From the NCBI RefSeq assembly GCF_009914755.1, contig NC_060929.1: 64,000 nucleotides of DNA. The stretch is one strand, 5' to 3'. Positions 27,918-41,352 of this stretch are shown here, piece after piece. Source of the DNA: the human T2T-CHM13v2.0 reference genome, Homo sapiens. Below the pieces are notes generated by a model. It saw only the letters and a list, made by a program, of their open reading frames with translations. It was not told the origin of the DNA and did no database searches. Position 1 is the stretch's first letter, and each line of letters starts with the position of its first letter. Position numbers and translations under genes: made by a program.

Positions 27918-27934
27918 TGGTACCAGTAGTTGTT
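27918..27934 (+). promoter_or_regulatory. Primer-binding site, tRNA-Leu type (degenerate)
   Basis: TGGTACCAGTAGTTG 5 nt after the LTR end, resembling the complement of the tRNA-Leu(TAA) 3' end TGGTACCAGGAGTGG. Confidence 0.8.
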
Positions 27935-27974
27935 CTAGAGGAAGAGAATATTAAGGATAGAGTTCTTTCATTGT

Positions 27975-29720
27975 TTTGGGGGTTTCTGGAGGTGGCTGCT
28001 TCATATGATTAGACCCCAAAATGCTAACAACTCTACTTCTAATAGTATGGAGAACACTGATAATCCTTGGCATGAACCGTTTAGAGATTTATGCAAAATA
28101 AATGCATTTGACACTCCCAATTCACCGCTCATGAGAGGCAAGGAGTTTAGGTGCTCTTTACCTAATACCTTTCACCATATGTGGAGAACCACAGAACATA
28201 ATGAAACTAGTTCGTGGCTCCTAAGTTTACTGAACAAAGTGATGAAAAAAAATGATGAACTCAGGGCTTCTATCTCCCAGCTTCAGAAGAAGATACTGAG
28301 CCTCAAATCTGCTAAGATTGCCCTGAGTGAGAAATCTCATCTCCTGTAGAGAATAGCTGAGATTGTGGAAAAGCAGAAACAAGGTCTTATCATGAAAGTG
28401 GCTGACCTGCAACAAAAGGTTCATGCTCGGCCTTGCCAGGTGTCTGCTGTCCAAGTGAGGGCATTGATTGGAAAAGAATGGGAACCTGCAACTTGGAATG
28501 GGGATGTGTGGGAGGACGCTTAAGAAGCTGAAAACACTGGGTTTGTAAACTCTGATAAACCTTGTTTGCCAGAAGAAATAGCTTCCCCATCCCCAGTAGT
28601 GACAACATCCCCTCTCTGACCCATGCTGCCATCAGGCTTTCCACCCTTGTCTGAGAAGATAAACCTTGCACCGCCTGAGGCAACAGTAATGCCTGAGGCA
28701 GTTACCAGGCAAGATAATGTTGATTCTCCTCAGGACCCATCCCTAACACCACTTTTTGCTTCTAGACCAATAACTAGACTGAAGTCCTAGTGGGCCCCTG
28801 GATGTGACATTCAGAGGCACATCTGGGTGACATCTGGGTGAACTCACTATCACCCATGAGAAGGTGCACTAGACTTGCAAAGAACTGCTTGAGTTTTCTA
28901 ATTTATGGAAGAAAAAATCTGGAGAACACACATGGGAGTGGATATTAAGGGTGTGGGATAATGTTGGAAGGAGCATAGTGTTGGATCAGGCTGAATTTAT
29001 TGATTTGGGCCCACTAGGGACTCCGCATTTAATGCTGCAGCTTGGAAAGTTAAAAAAAAGGTGCTAATAGTTTATGTGCTTGGCTAGCTGAAATATAGAT
29101 TAAAAGATGGCCCGCTGGGGACAAGCTGAAAATGCCTGATCTTTCTTGGTGTAATGTAGAGGAAGGGATCCAAAGGCTTAGGGATATTGGAATGGTGGAA
29201 TGGATTAGTCACTTTAGACCTATTCATTCCAGCTGGGAGGGTCCAGAAAATACACCCTTAACCAATGGCTGGTGAAATAGATTTGTGAGAGCAACACCTG
29301 CATCTTTGAAGAGACCTGTAATTGCTCTTCTCTGTATGTCACATCGAACAGTGGGAACCACAGTCACTCCACTACAATATTTAAATTCAGTGGGAATAAC
29401 TGGATCCTGAACTGTCAGAGGCCAAGTGGCGGCACTCAACCATCAAGGGCAAAGTGTGTGTGGCTACCGTAATGGACAGCAGAGGCAAAGCAGCAATCAG
29501 AATAGTCTGACTTGTGTAGAGCTCTGTCATTGGCTAATTAATCAAAATGTTCCTAGAAGTCAAATTCATAGAAAGCCTTTCGGAATCAATACTTAATTTA
29601 TATAAGCAGAAAACTTCTCAATCAAATGGACAAAAAACTAATTTGAATTATAGAAGCAGAGACCCATGGCCCCTCAAGAAATTTCCAGACTTGAGCCAGT
29701 TTACAGACCCAGAACACCTT
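27975..29720 (+). pseudogene. gag: HERV-L gag remnant (stops and frameshifts)
   Basis: ORF 28005..28349 NSMENTDNPWHEPFRDLCKINAFD; WEWILRVWDNVGRSIVLDQAEFIDLG at ~28932-29010. Confidence 0.88.
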
Positions 29721-29722
29721 GA

Positions 29723-30200
29723 ATGAAAGACAGGCAGTGTCCTCCTAAGGAAGGACTCACTACACTACCAACAATTTATGCAGTGAATCTTACTCCCATC
29801 CTTCCGCAAGGAGACCTCTGGCCTTTTACCAGGGTAACTGTGCACTGGGGAAAGGGAAATGATCAGACATTTCTGGGACTAGTGCACACTGGCTCTGAGC
29901 TGACATGGATTTCAAGGGACCCAAAGCATCATTGTAATCCTCCACTTAAAGTAGGGCTTTACAGAGGTAAGATAATTAATGGAGTTTTACCTTAAGTCCA
30001 ACTTACAGTGAGTACAGTGAGTCCCCAAACTCATCCTGTGGTCATTTCCCCAGTGCCAGAATGCATTATCGGCATAGGCATATTTAACAGTGGGCAGAAC
30101 CCCCACATTGGCTCCCTAGCTGGTAGGGTTAGGGGTATTATGGTGGTGAAGGGTAAATGGAAGCAATTACAGCCGCCTCTATCTAGAAAAACAGTAACTC
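29723..30200 (+). pseudogene. pro: HERV-L protease remnant
   Basis: VTVHWGKGNDQTFLGLVHTGSELT (catalytic DTG read as HTG); HPVVISPVPECIIGI. Confidence 0.85.
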
Positions 30201-32620
30201 AAAAAAAAAAAAAAAAAAATATTGCATCCCTGGAGGGATTGCAGAGATTTGTGCCACCATCAAGGACTTGAAAGACACAGGGGAGATGATTCCCACCACA
30301 ATATCCCCATTCAACTCTCCCATTTGGCCCATGCGGAAGACAGAGAGAGCTTGGAGAATGACAGTGGATTACCACAAGCTTAACCAAGTAGTGACTCCAA
30401 TTGCAGCTGCTGTACCAGATGTGGTTTCATTGCTTGAGCAAGTTAACGCATCTCCTGGTACCTGGTATGCAGCCATTGACTTGGCTAATGTTTTTATCTC
30501 CATTCCTGTCCATAAGGTCCACCAGAAGCAATTTGCCTTCAGCTGGAAAGACCAGCAATATACCTTTACTGTCCTACCTCAAGGGGAATATTAACTCTCT
30601 GGCTTTGTGTCATAATCTTATTGGGAGAGACCTTGATCACTTTGCACTTCCACAAGATATCACACTGGTCCATTACATTGATGACATTATGCTGACTGGA
30701 TCTAGTGAGTGCGAAATAGCAAACACACTGGATTTATTGGTGAGACCTTTGCATGCCAGAGGATGGGAAATAAACCCAACTAAAATTCAGGGAACTTCTA
30801 TCTTCAGTAAAATTTCTAGGGCTCCAGTGGTGTGGGACCTGTTGAGATATTTCTTGTAGGGTGAAAGATAAGTTGCTGCATTTAGCCCCTCCTACAACCA
30901 AGAAAGAAGAACAATGCCTAGTGGACCTATGTGAATTTTGGAAGCAACACATTCCTCTTTTGGGTGTGTTACTCCAGCTCAATTATCGAGTGACCTGAAA
31001 GGCTGCCAGTTTTGAGTGGGGTCCAAAACAGGAGAAGGCTCTGTAACAGGTACAGGCTGCTGTGCAAACTGCTCTGCCACTTGGACCATATGTCCCAGCA
31101 GATCCAGTGGTGCTTCATGTGTCAGTGGCAGATAGGGATGCTGTTTGGAGCCTCTGACAGGCCCCCATAGATGAATCACAATGAAGGCCTCTAGGATTTT
31201 GGAGCAAGGTCCTGCCATCTTCTGCAGATAACTACTCTCCTTTTGAGAGACAGCTCTTGGCTTTTTGCTGGGCTTTGGTGGAAACTGAATGTTTGACTAT
31301 GGGTCATTAAGTCACCATGTGACCTGAACTACCTATCATGAACTGGGTGCTTTCTTATACACCTAGCTATAAAATGGGTCGTGCACAGCAGCATTACATC
31401 ATCAAATGGAAGTGGTATATATGTGATCAGACTCGAGCAGGTCCTGAAAGCACAAGTAAGTTAAATGAGGAAGTGGCTCAAATGCCCATGGTCTACACTC
31501 CTATGACCCTGCATTCTCTCCCCCAGCCTGCAACAATGGCTTCATGGGGAGTTCCCTATGATCAGTTAACAGAGGAAGAGAAGACTAGGGCCTGTTTCAC
31601 AGATGGTTCTGCACGATATGCAGGCACCGCCCGAAAGTGGACAGCTGCAGCACTACAGCTCCATTGTAGGACATCCCTAAAGGACAGTGGTGAAGGGAAA
31701 TATTCCTAGTGGACAGAACTCCAAGTAGTGCACCTGGTTGTGCACTTTTCATGGAAGGAGAAATGACCAGATGTGAGATTATATACTGATTCTTCGGCTG
31801 TAGCCAATGGTTAGGCTGGATGGTCAGGTTCTTGGAAGAAGCATGATTGGAAAATTGGTGACAGAAATTTGGGGAAGAGGTATGTGGATGGACTTCTCTG
31901 AATGGTCAAAAACCATGAAGATATTTGTATGTGAGTGCTCACCCATGTGTGACCTCAGCAGAGGAGAGGCCTCATAATCCAGTGGATAGGATGACCCCTT
32001 CTGTGGGCACCACTCAGCCTCTTTCCCCAGCCACCCCTGTCATCACCCAGTGGACCCATGAACAAAGTGGCCATGGTGGCAGGAATGGAGGTTATGCATA
32101 GGCTCAGCAATATGAACTTCCACTCACCAAGTCTGATCTGGCTATGGCCACTGCTGAGTGCCCAATTTTCCATCAGCAGAGACCAACAATAAGCCCTCGA
32201 TATGGAGCCATTTCTCAGGGTGATCAGCCAGCTACCTGGTGGCGGGTTGATTATATTGGGCCTCTTCCCATCATAGAAAGGGCAGGGGTTTGTCCTCGCT
32301 AGAATAGACACTTACTCCGGATATGAATGTGCCTATCCTGCATGCAATCCTTCTGCCAAGACTACCATCGCTGGAATCACAGAATGCCTTATCCACTATC
32401 ATGGTATTTCACACAGCATTGCCTCTGACCAAGACACTCACTTTACAGCTAAAGGATTATGGCAGTGGGCTCATACTCATGAAATTCACTGGTCTTACCA
32501 TGTTCCCTATCATCCTGAAGCAGCTGGATTGATAGAACAGTGGAATTGCCTTTTGAAGTCACAATTACAATGCAAACTAGGTGACAATACTTTGCAGGGC
32601 TGGGGCAAATTTTCTCCCAT
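30201..32620 (+). pseudogene. pol: HERV-L pol remnant: RT, RNase H, integrase
   Basis: SPFNSPIWPMRK..WRMTVDYHKLN, YAAIDLANVF, LPQG, HYIDDIML (RT); FTDGSARYAG (RNase H); HEQSGH..CPIF, WRVDYIGP, ASDQDTHF, LIEQWN (IN); multiple stops and frameshifts. Confidence 0.95.
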
Positions 32621-32699
32621 AGCCAGGATTCCTGGGTTTAGAAATCAAGGGTTGGAAGTGGAAGTGACACCACTCACCATCACCCCTAGTGACCCACTA

Positions 32700-33255
<556 letters not shown>

Positions 33256-33827
33256 AATACAGGAGATCCATTAGGGTGTCTCTTAATGTTACCATGCCCT
33301 GTGATTAACGTACCTACACCATCCCAATCCAGGCAAGACTACAAATGGCCCAGACCCTTGAGGAATGAAGGTTTGGGTTACTCCACCAGGAAAAAAACCA
33401 TGATCTGATGAGGTGCTTGCTGAAGGCAAAGGGAATACAGAGTGGATAGTAGAAGAAGCTAGTCATCAATACCAGCTATGACCACATGACCAGCTGCAGA
33501 AACGGGGACAGTTATTGTCATAAATATTTCCTCCTTCTTTTTGTTAAAAACATGTTTGTGCATGTATACACTTGTACTGAGAAAATATTTTCACTTAATT
33601 TCTTTTTTCCTTTATCATGTGACATAAGATTTATTGACTTCATATCAGCATTTAAGTATCATAAACTTTATGTAATAGCATTTGGGTTTGGGATTGGTGC
33701 GTTTCCGGTTGTAGGAAGGATAGTTGTAATATGTTAGGCATAATTATGACCTTATTGTTGTCTTTATTTGAAGATTATGCATCATCTCAGGAGATGCCTA
33801 TGTGTTCTAGTTGACAAGGTGTGGACT

Positions 33828-34241
33828 CGTGATGGTTATTACTGAGTGTGAACTTGATTGGATTGAAGGATGCAAAGTAGTGATCCTGGATGTGCCTGTG
33901 ACGGTGCTGCCAAAGGAGATTAACATTTGAGTCAGTGGGCTGAGAAAGGTAGACCCATCTTTAATCTGGGTGAGCACAATCAGATCAACTGCTAGAGCAG
34001 CTAGAATATAAAGCAGGGAGAGAAATGTGAAAGACTAGACTGGCCTAGCCTGCCAGCCTACATCTTTCTCCCATGCTGGATGCTTTCTGCTCTCGAACAT
34101 CGGACTCCAGGTTCTTCAGTTTTGGGACTTGGATTGGCTCTCATTGCTCCTCAGCTTGCAGACGACCTATTATGGGACCTTGTGATCATGTGAGTTAAAA
34201 CTTAATAAACTCCCCTTTCTATCTATTTATCTATCTGTCTG

Positions 34242-34287
<46 letters not shown>

Positions 34288-34333
34288 ATCTATCTTATTA
34301 GTTCTGTCCCTCTAGAGAACCCTAACTAATACA
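33828..34333 (+). repeat. 3' LTR (MLT2A2-like)
   Basis: Follows GACAAGGTGTGGACT; collinear with 5' LTR; AATAAA at 34204-34209; ends CCCTAACTAATACA. Confidence 0.95.
34218..34294. repeat. Compound (TCTA)/(TCTG) microsatellite within the 3' LTR
   Basis: TCTA TCTG TCTG (TCTA)n TCA TCTA. Confidence 0.96.
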
Positions 34334-35260
34334 ATCTGCTTTTCTAGTTCTCATTGAGGTAATTATTTGACTATAAGCTACTTGATGGTAATAGAATTAA
34401 AAATAACTCAGTTTTAAAAATACTGAATATGTAGTTTGTAATATTTAGGATACATTATAACACATTATATGATCTTTATTACAGATTTCACTTAGAAAAA
34501 TCTGTTTCATATGTTGCTAAAGTTCTTAGACATTTCTTTTACTACTGATTTTTAAAAAATGCAATATAAATCTTTTATCCACTACCCACTCCCAGAATAT
34601 AATGAGTCCTCTAGATTTTTTTATCTGATTTTTTTTTAAGTTCAAAAAAGCATAGTTTAATTTTACTGGTATTTGCACTACTCTCTGGGTCTTCTAGTTT
34701 TCCATGGAGTTATGTCTATGCTTTTATTATATATAGCTTAGTTGCCTCTCTTATTATCTTTATTTTTCAATTTCTCTGCATTTTTAAGTATATTTCACAT
34801 TTTGTGTATGTATTATCTATATCCCCCTATATATTTTTTCTGACATGGAAATTTTAATAGTTTTATTTAGTCTGTCATTTTTATGATATCATACTTTTAT
34901 TTGATATTTATATTTATTTATGAGTTTATTTTTTCCCATGGCTCACAAGCTTGTAGAAAACATTTAATTTGTAACCTGATTCTTTCTAACATGTTTCTCT
35001 AACTTGTGCAATAAAGATATTTTCTATAATTTTCTTTGTAGGTTTTTGTCACTAATTTTCACAATGCTAAATGTTTCCTTGGTCTTATTTTTGAGACTTA
35101 TGTTTTACTTATCATTGTTATATTCAAGAATATATCCACATATGCAATCTCTTTATTCCTCTTTTCTATCTGAGTTCAGGAAATTCTCTCCACATTTTAA
35201 ACTGGAGTAGATGTACATATTTCATGAATTATTTTTTAGCTAATGTAAAACAATTGCAGT

Positions 35261-35288
35261 GTTTGTGTGTGTGTGTGTGTGTGTGTGT
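35261..35288. repeat. (TG)n microsatellite
   Basis: Pure TG run. Confidence 0.93.
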
Positions 35289-37334
35289 TTGTACAAATAA
35301 TGTGAACATAATGAGATTCATCAATAGCTTAATAATTTGAAATCAACAATTATTTATTAATTATTTTAATGTATTAATGCATAAAAATATTATAATGGCA
35401 AATTATATATTTTACTTATTTTAACCAGATAGTTCACCATATTTATGTTAGTATTATGGTTGTTTAGCTATACATTTCATTAGAGTTACATTAATTTTTT
35501 CATGACATGAAATTAAGACAAATTAACTCCAACTATTACTAAGCAGGCGTTTCTTTATATTAAATTGCTATGTATGTACCTTTAATAATTATAATTTAAA
35601 ATTGAGAAGAACTTATATTATTTTTATTTGTTACCACAAGGTATAAATTTCCATTTTTCTATGCTTAGATAATGTTTTAAATTATGGAGATGAAATTTAA
35701 AATGTAATGTGATACTGCAAAAAATATATTTCTTTACTATTACACAAAATTCCAGTCTTATAGATTGAATACTTGAGATTGGAAGAAATGCAAATATATA
35801 GCATATAATTATTCTATAAGCATGCTAACATTAATTTTACTCTCACAAACAGGGCTTCTTGGAGAGAAGAAAAATACTGCGCTAGACAAACTAAATTTCA
35901 GTGAAAAATAATTGACTGAGGAAAGTGGTGAGGATCCTGCAACAACATACTGCATTAATGGCTTCCTCTCACCTCAAAATGCAACTTCAATTTCTAGCGA
36001 TACAAGAGGTAATCTAATTCCCAAGATTTAGTGCCTTTTTTACCTACTTTAATTCTTTCTTATTTGCATTCTCTCTTCATTACAGATACGTATTTATCGT
36101 TCACACTCTGTGATCCCTCCACCCAAAGATCCTAGACTATGAATGGGTCTTAGGGTACTAAAAACATGTCATGGAAATCTAATGGAACATTGGAGACTTC
36201 AGACAATAAATATTTTTTATTTATAAATTCAACCTGTAACATACATTGTTCAACTGCAAAAAATAAATAATAACTGATTTTTCAATGAATTTAGTATTGA
36301 GGCTCTAAATAGCAGCAATTCTCAGAAAACTACATAATAGTCCATCTCTGAGAATAAAGAAAGATCATTATCTAGCAACTATTAGTTTAAGTTAATAGAA
36401 AGAATGAAAGAGAAAGAGAGGAAGAAAGAGAGAAGGAAGGAGAGAAAAGAGATGATGAGTAGTAAGGAAGTACAGAAAAAAAGAGGGAAAAGAAAGGAGG
36501 AAATTGTAAGACAAATTTCAAATCAAAATATACTAGTACGATCAGAAATTTAAGTCTTACCTTAAGCCTATATACAGAATAAAGACAAAGAAGAACATAT
36601 TTGCATGTATCTTTATGCAAATTTTATAAATCATTTATAATTTCAAGCTCTAGGGTCAATGAGAACTACTTAGGAAAATATGTTATTATGTATTAAGTTA
36701 TATGCCAACCAAAAATACAAGTAAAATAAATAGAAATCTGTTAAATCAGTGTTTTAGTGAACCTCAAATAACAATATTTGTATTTTTATAGGATTTTTAT
36801 GTAAATTGCTTTGTCATTCCCCTTATAGATTATCATGCTGAAATATCAAAAACAGTGTCAAAGTTAAAGTTACATCCTAAATTATTGTCCAGCTCTTCAT
36901 CAATAAGTTTATTTAGCTTCTTCAGGCATAATCATTCTATATAGAATCAGAAATAAGATAAAATTATTAATTATTACAATACCTATCGCCAAATTAGTTT
37001 TGCAATATGCTGAAATCATTAAGAATCGCATAGCTTTAGTACCTATGTCATACACAAAATTTAATAGGCCAGTAAACATGTTATTTGATGTATATATTAG
37101 CAAACAAAGAGTTTGATTTAAATTAAACTAACAGTGCAATTTAAAAATTACTAAGACATGAACTGAGCACTGAAAGATAAAGACATAAAATATTTCTGTA
37201 TCTTATTTCTAAACATAGAGCATAATTTAAAAATATTTTCTTGATTAAAACCAGTGTATGGAAATAGACTTAATATAAATCCTTTCATTAATATATCACG
37301 TATATTATTTCATATTCTATTAATTAGCTTTTAG

Positions 37335-37693
37335 TACATAACGGTTATTGGACCCAAATATTTTGCCTTGAATCTAATGTCTTAAAACAACAACCATTTA
37401 TTCAGCTCATGATTCTATGGTTGTCAATTTGGCTGTACTCAGCTGAGAAGTGCTTCTGGTGATCTGGACTGGGCTCAGTCATGCATTTGTACTCAGTTGC
37501 CAACCATCTACCAGCAAGGTGTCATCAATTGATGAAGCAAGCTTGCCCAGGCTGGATTATACAATTGTGGAAAGGTCCCAGATACAGCAAGATACGTTTC
37601 ATGGCCAACCTCAGAGTCAGCGTAGGAGGGTACTACCAAAGGCATAGGATCAGAGAGAGGAACAACTTATGGCTGTACTAGTATTCTAACACA
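37335..37693 (-). mobile_element. Old MLT1 (H-K-like) MaLR LTR
   Basis: CTTAAAACAACAACCATTTATTCAGCTCATGATTCT...CTGGGCTCAGTCATGCAT...ATGGCCAACCTCAGAGTCAG antisense motifs. Confidence 0.72.
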
Positions 37694-39420
37694 TGTGTGC
37701 TCTGTCTTATTTGAAAGTCGTCTTGTGTACGCTCTTCCCCAATTTGAATAAAAGTGTACCCCTCTAAGAGGACATCAAAGGCCTGCTTCCCAAAACTTGT
37801 TTCAGGTTCTGAACAATGAACAACTGTGTCCTCTGCTAAACACATAGTTATTAAAGTACAGTTATATTCTCTGATAAATAATAGTCATGTTCAATGCTAA
37901 ATATGATGGGACATGAAATTTATTATATTTAGTGTAAAGTATTTTTAATAGGTAAAAGTTATAGGGAATATTTTAATCGACAACTATGTACTTCTCTTTC
38001 AGCTCAAGAAAATACTATGAATAAAATAAAAAGGAGGCCTCTGTTTCACTGAAAACGTCTCCCTCATGAAGAGATATCATTACACCAATTTTGAGTTTTA
38101 TTATTCTCATTCATGTCTTCATATATGTATAGAATGTGCATATCCTATTATATCTCAGTACAAAATTGTCAAAATTGAATATATTAATTGCAAAATTCTC
38201 TATATTCTTACACAAGCCTTCCTTTTCACTAAATTTTTGTTAGATTGATCCTTGTTAATAATGTAGTGCTAATGCATTGGTAATCACTGTTGAATTCTAT
38301 TCGATTTTATGAGTAGATAGCACCATATGCATTTCCCTGTGGATGAATGTTATTATGCAAAAGAGTGATTAGACACTGTGTGTGTCCCTAATTTTAAAAA
38401 CAAATGAACAGTTTATACTGGTTGAATTAATTAGAGCTAGATAATTTATGTTATTGTTAATGTTAGTCATCATGTTTTTGAATGAAATCAATATCTTACA
38501 TAAACCTAGACTATGATAATGAGTGTATATATGAAAACTCATGGCAAAATTCAACATTTCATAGATTTTCTCATATATATAGTGTTCAGTTTTATATTTA
38601 AGTCTAAAATTCATTTTGAATTAATTTTTGTATAAAGAAAGTCATAAATTAATCTTTTTGTTTGTGGATATTTGTTTCACCACCATCAGCTGAATAAACA
38701 AGTTTCTTCATTGAATTGCCTTTGCACCTTTTTTATAAATCACTCTATTTGTGTGGGTATTTCAGACTCTCTATTCTGTTTTATTGATATATGCATATCT
38801 ATACTTTCACCAATACTATACTGTCTTAATTACTATCTTAAATAGTTATCTTGATTACTGTCTAAATTACTTAATTACTAAATTTTCAAATTGAGTAACT
38901 TTTAACTTTGTTCTTTTTATAATTGTTTGGTCCATTACAGTTTCTTTTTTGCTTTGAATAAATTTTGAATTCACCTTTTTGGGATACTGAATTGCATTAG
39001 ATCTATAAATCAAATAATGGGTAATTAACATCATAACAATATCAAGTCTTCCAATGCATGAATATAGTATATCTCTTGAGTTATTTAGATCATCTTTGAT
39101 TCTACCATCAAGGCTTTACAGCTTGTAACAAATGTGTATTGCACATATTCTGTTAGATTTAGGCAAAACTATTTTATTTTGGGGGGACTATTGCATTTTG
39201 AAAATTCCAATAACTAGTGAGCAGTGCTAGCATATTACGATTAACTTCTATATGTAGATGTTTTATACCACAACATTTCTAAACTCATAAATTCTAGAAA
39301 AGTTTGACATATTTTGCAGGATTTTCTACATAAAAATTATGTAATCTGCAAATACAGACAATTTTGTTTCTTTATTTCTATTCTTTTTCCAGCCTTTTTG
39401 CACTGTCTAGGACTTCCATT

Positions 39421-40265
39421 TGTTAAATTAAAAAAAAAAAAAAAAAAAAAAGGACCCGGTGCAGTGGCACTCTCGCCTGTAATCCCAGCACTTTGGGAAG
39501 CCGAGGTGGGTGGATCACTTGAGGTCAGGAGTTCGAGACCAGCCTTGCCAACATGGTGAAACACTGTCACTATCTGCTAAAAATACGAAAAGTAGATGGG
39601 CGTTGTGGTGTACGCCTGTAATCCCAGCTACTCGGGAGCCTGAGGCAGGAGAATCGCTTGAACCCGTTGAGGAGGAGGTTGCAGTGAGCCACCATCACAC
39701 CACTGCACTCCGGCCTGGGCGACAGGGTGAAATTCCGTCTCAAAAAAAAAAAAAAGTCATCAGAGAAAATTATCTCCAAATATGTTGAATTTATCTGGGA
39801 ATAAGCAAAGAGGATTATAATCTGGGATGCTTGGCCACGGCAAGCCACTGGTGCATCCAGAGAGAGAAAAGTAAAGGGAAGCTTGTATGGGCTTAAGGGA
39901 GTTTACATAAGAGGTTCGGAATCAAAGCTGACTGGTTTCATAGACTCAGAGTCAGAGTTGTCAGTTTATTAGTGGAGATGCTGTTACTGGGCAAGTATTA
40001 TTTTGAGAACATCTAATCTGAATTGCTGTGTCCTACTAAATATTTATAGAAAACTCTTGCCATAGACACATGTCCATAGGTGTGAAACGTGCAAGCAGGA
40101 GATGTGTGAAGGACATGAAGGGATTTCGTGTGAGGCTTTTAGAGAGTCCTTGGAAACAGTTATTTCAGACACGTAAGCATGAGTCCCCCTCCTTCATGCC
40201 TTTCTGACCGTATTTTTTCTGGGTCTGACTAGTGACTTTATCCTCATAGCTGTAACTTTTATACA
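39421..40265 (-). mobile_element. MER67-like ERV1 solo LTR
   Basis: Reverse strand reads TGTATAAAAGTTACAGCTATGAGGATAAAGTCACTAGTCAGACCCAG...GGCATGAAGGAGGGGGACTCATGCTTAC...GTTTCCAAGGACT; TG...CA termini. Confidence 0.7.
39452..39755 (+). mobile_element. AluS-like SINE inserted in an A-tract near the LTR end
   Basis: Full dimer GGATCACTTGAGGTCAGGAGTTCGAGACCAGCC; A-runs on both sides. Confidence 0.95.
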
Positions 40266-40327
40266 GTATGATTTTGAAGACGAGTAGGGAGAATTAACAT
40301 CCTTGATTTTTTCAGAAACTTACGGGG

Positions 40328-40685
40328 TGTATTAGTCTGCTAGAGCCGCCATAACAAAAGACCACAGACTAAGAGGCTTAACCAACAGAAATTTATTTTT
40401 GCATAGTTCTGGAGCCTGGAATTCCAAGATCAAGAGGGTGACAGGTTTGGTTTCTCCCAAGACCTTTCACTATGTCTTGCAGAAGGCTACTTTCTTGCTA
40501 TGACCTCACATGGCCTTTTTTTTTTGCATGGGCATTGCTGGTGTCTCTCCCTTATAAGAACATCGGTCATGTTAGATGAAGACCCCAGCCTTATGACCTT
40601 TAAAGATTTATCTTCAAACACAATCACATTGGGGTTTAGGGCTTCAACATATGACTTTTGAGGGGAGAACACTCAGTCCATAACA
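40328..40685 (-). mobile_element. MLT1B-like MaLR solo LTR
   Basis: TGTATTAGTCTGCTAGAGCCGCCATAACAAAAGACCACAGAC...AGGGCTTCAACATATGACTTTTGAGGGGAGAACACTCAGTCCATAACA. Confidence 0.9.
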
Positions 40686-41100
40686 GTGGGAGAGTATTCA
40701 CTGTGTCACTATTAAGCGAGATGGTAGCTGTAGATTGTAGTAGATACCCATTATTAGATAAGGGCTAGGAACGAACATTCCTATTTTACTGAGAGATTTT
40801 ATCATGGATGGGTTTGAATCTGAATGAGTGTTTTTTTTCTGCATCTATTGGGATAATCATACAATTTAATTTTCTTATTTAGTCTGCTAATATGGTGAAT
40901 GACATGGATTGATTTTTGATTGTAGAACAACCTTTGTATTCCTGAGATGAACTCCATAGTCATAGGGTATTATCATTTTATGTAATGCTATTATAGGTTA
41001 AATTTGCTAACATATTATTAAGGATATTCACATCTATTTCCATGAGAGATATTAGTCTGGAAACATTATCTTCATTTCAATGTTTTCGTTGGTTTTGGTA

Positions 41101-41352
41101 TGTGACAGTCACTCTCTAAGAAAGTCCCTAATGATTGCCATGTACTGGTATTTATTGTCTAGGGCAAGCCCCTCCCCTTAAGTAATGTGCCTCTAATAGA
41201 ACAGAGCAACACTGAGGGATGTTGTATCTGTTATTTGGTTACAAAAAATATGACATCCATAGTACCAACAGATTCTCTTTAATGCTGGTTCTAATGAAGC
41301 AAACTCTCATGTTTGAGCCCCATTTGGCAAGAAACTGTAGGTGTCCTCTGGA
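41101..41352 (+). mobile_element. MLT1E/F-like LTR 5' fragment
   Basis: TGTGACAG start, CCCCTCCCCTTAAGT, AATAGAA, ATGAAGCAAACT..CATGTT, TGGCAAGAAACTG. Confidence 0.65.

Larger units (their letters stand above)
38590..41100 (-). mobile_element. Old L1M ORF2, interrupted by two LTRs and an Alu
   Basis: TTGAATTGCCTTTGCACCTTT, GAATTGCATTAGATCTATAAATC, CTAGGACTTCC / TTTTCTGCATCTATTG, ATTTGCTAACATATTATTAAGGAT; collinear across the inserts. Confidence 0.8.

Noticed and set aside
27918-27934. tRNA gene
   Set aside because: Only the short complement of a tRNA 3' end (retroviral PBS) is present, with no cloverleaf.
33300-33827. env gene
   Set aside because: Only ~0.5 kb of AT-rich untranslated sequence precedes the 3' LTR, as expected for ERV-L.
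34218-34294. Identity with a named forensic STR (D3S1358/D21S11-like motif)
   Set aside because: The motif is similar but the flanks do not match those I recall for these loci.
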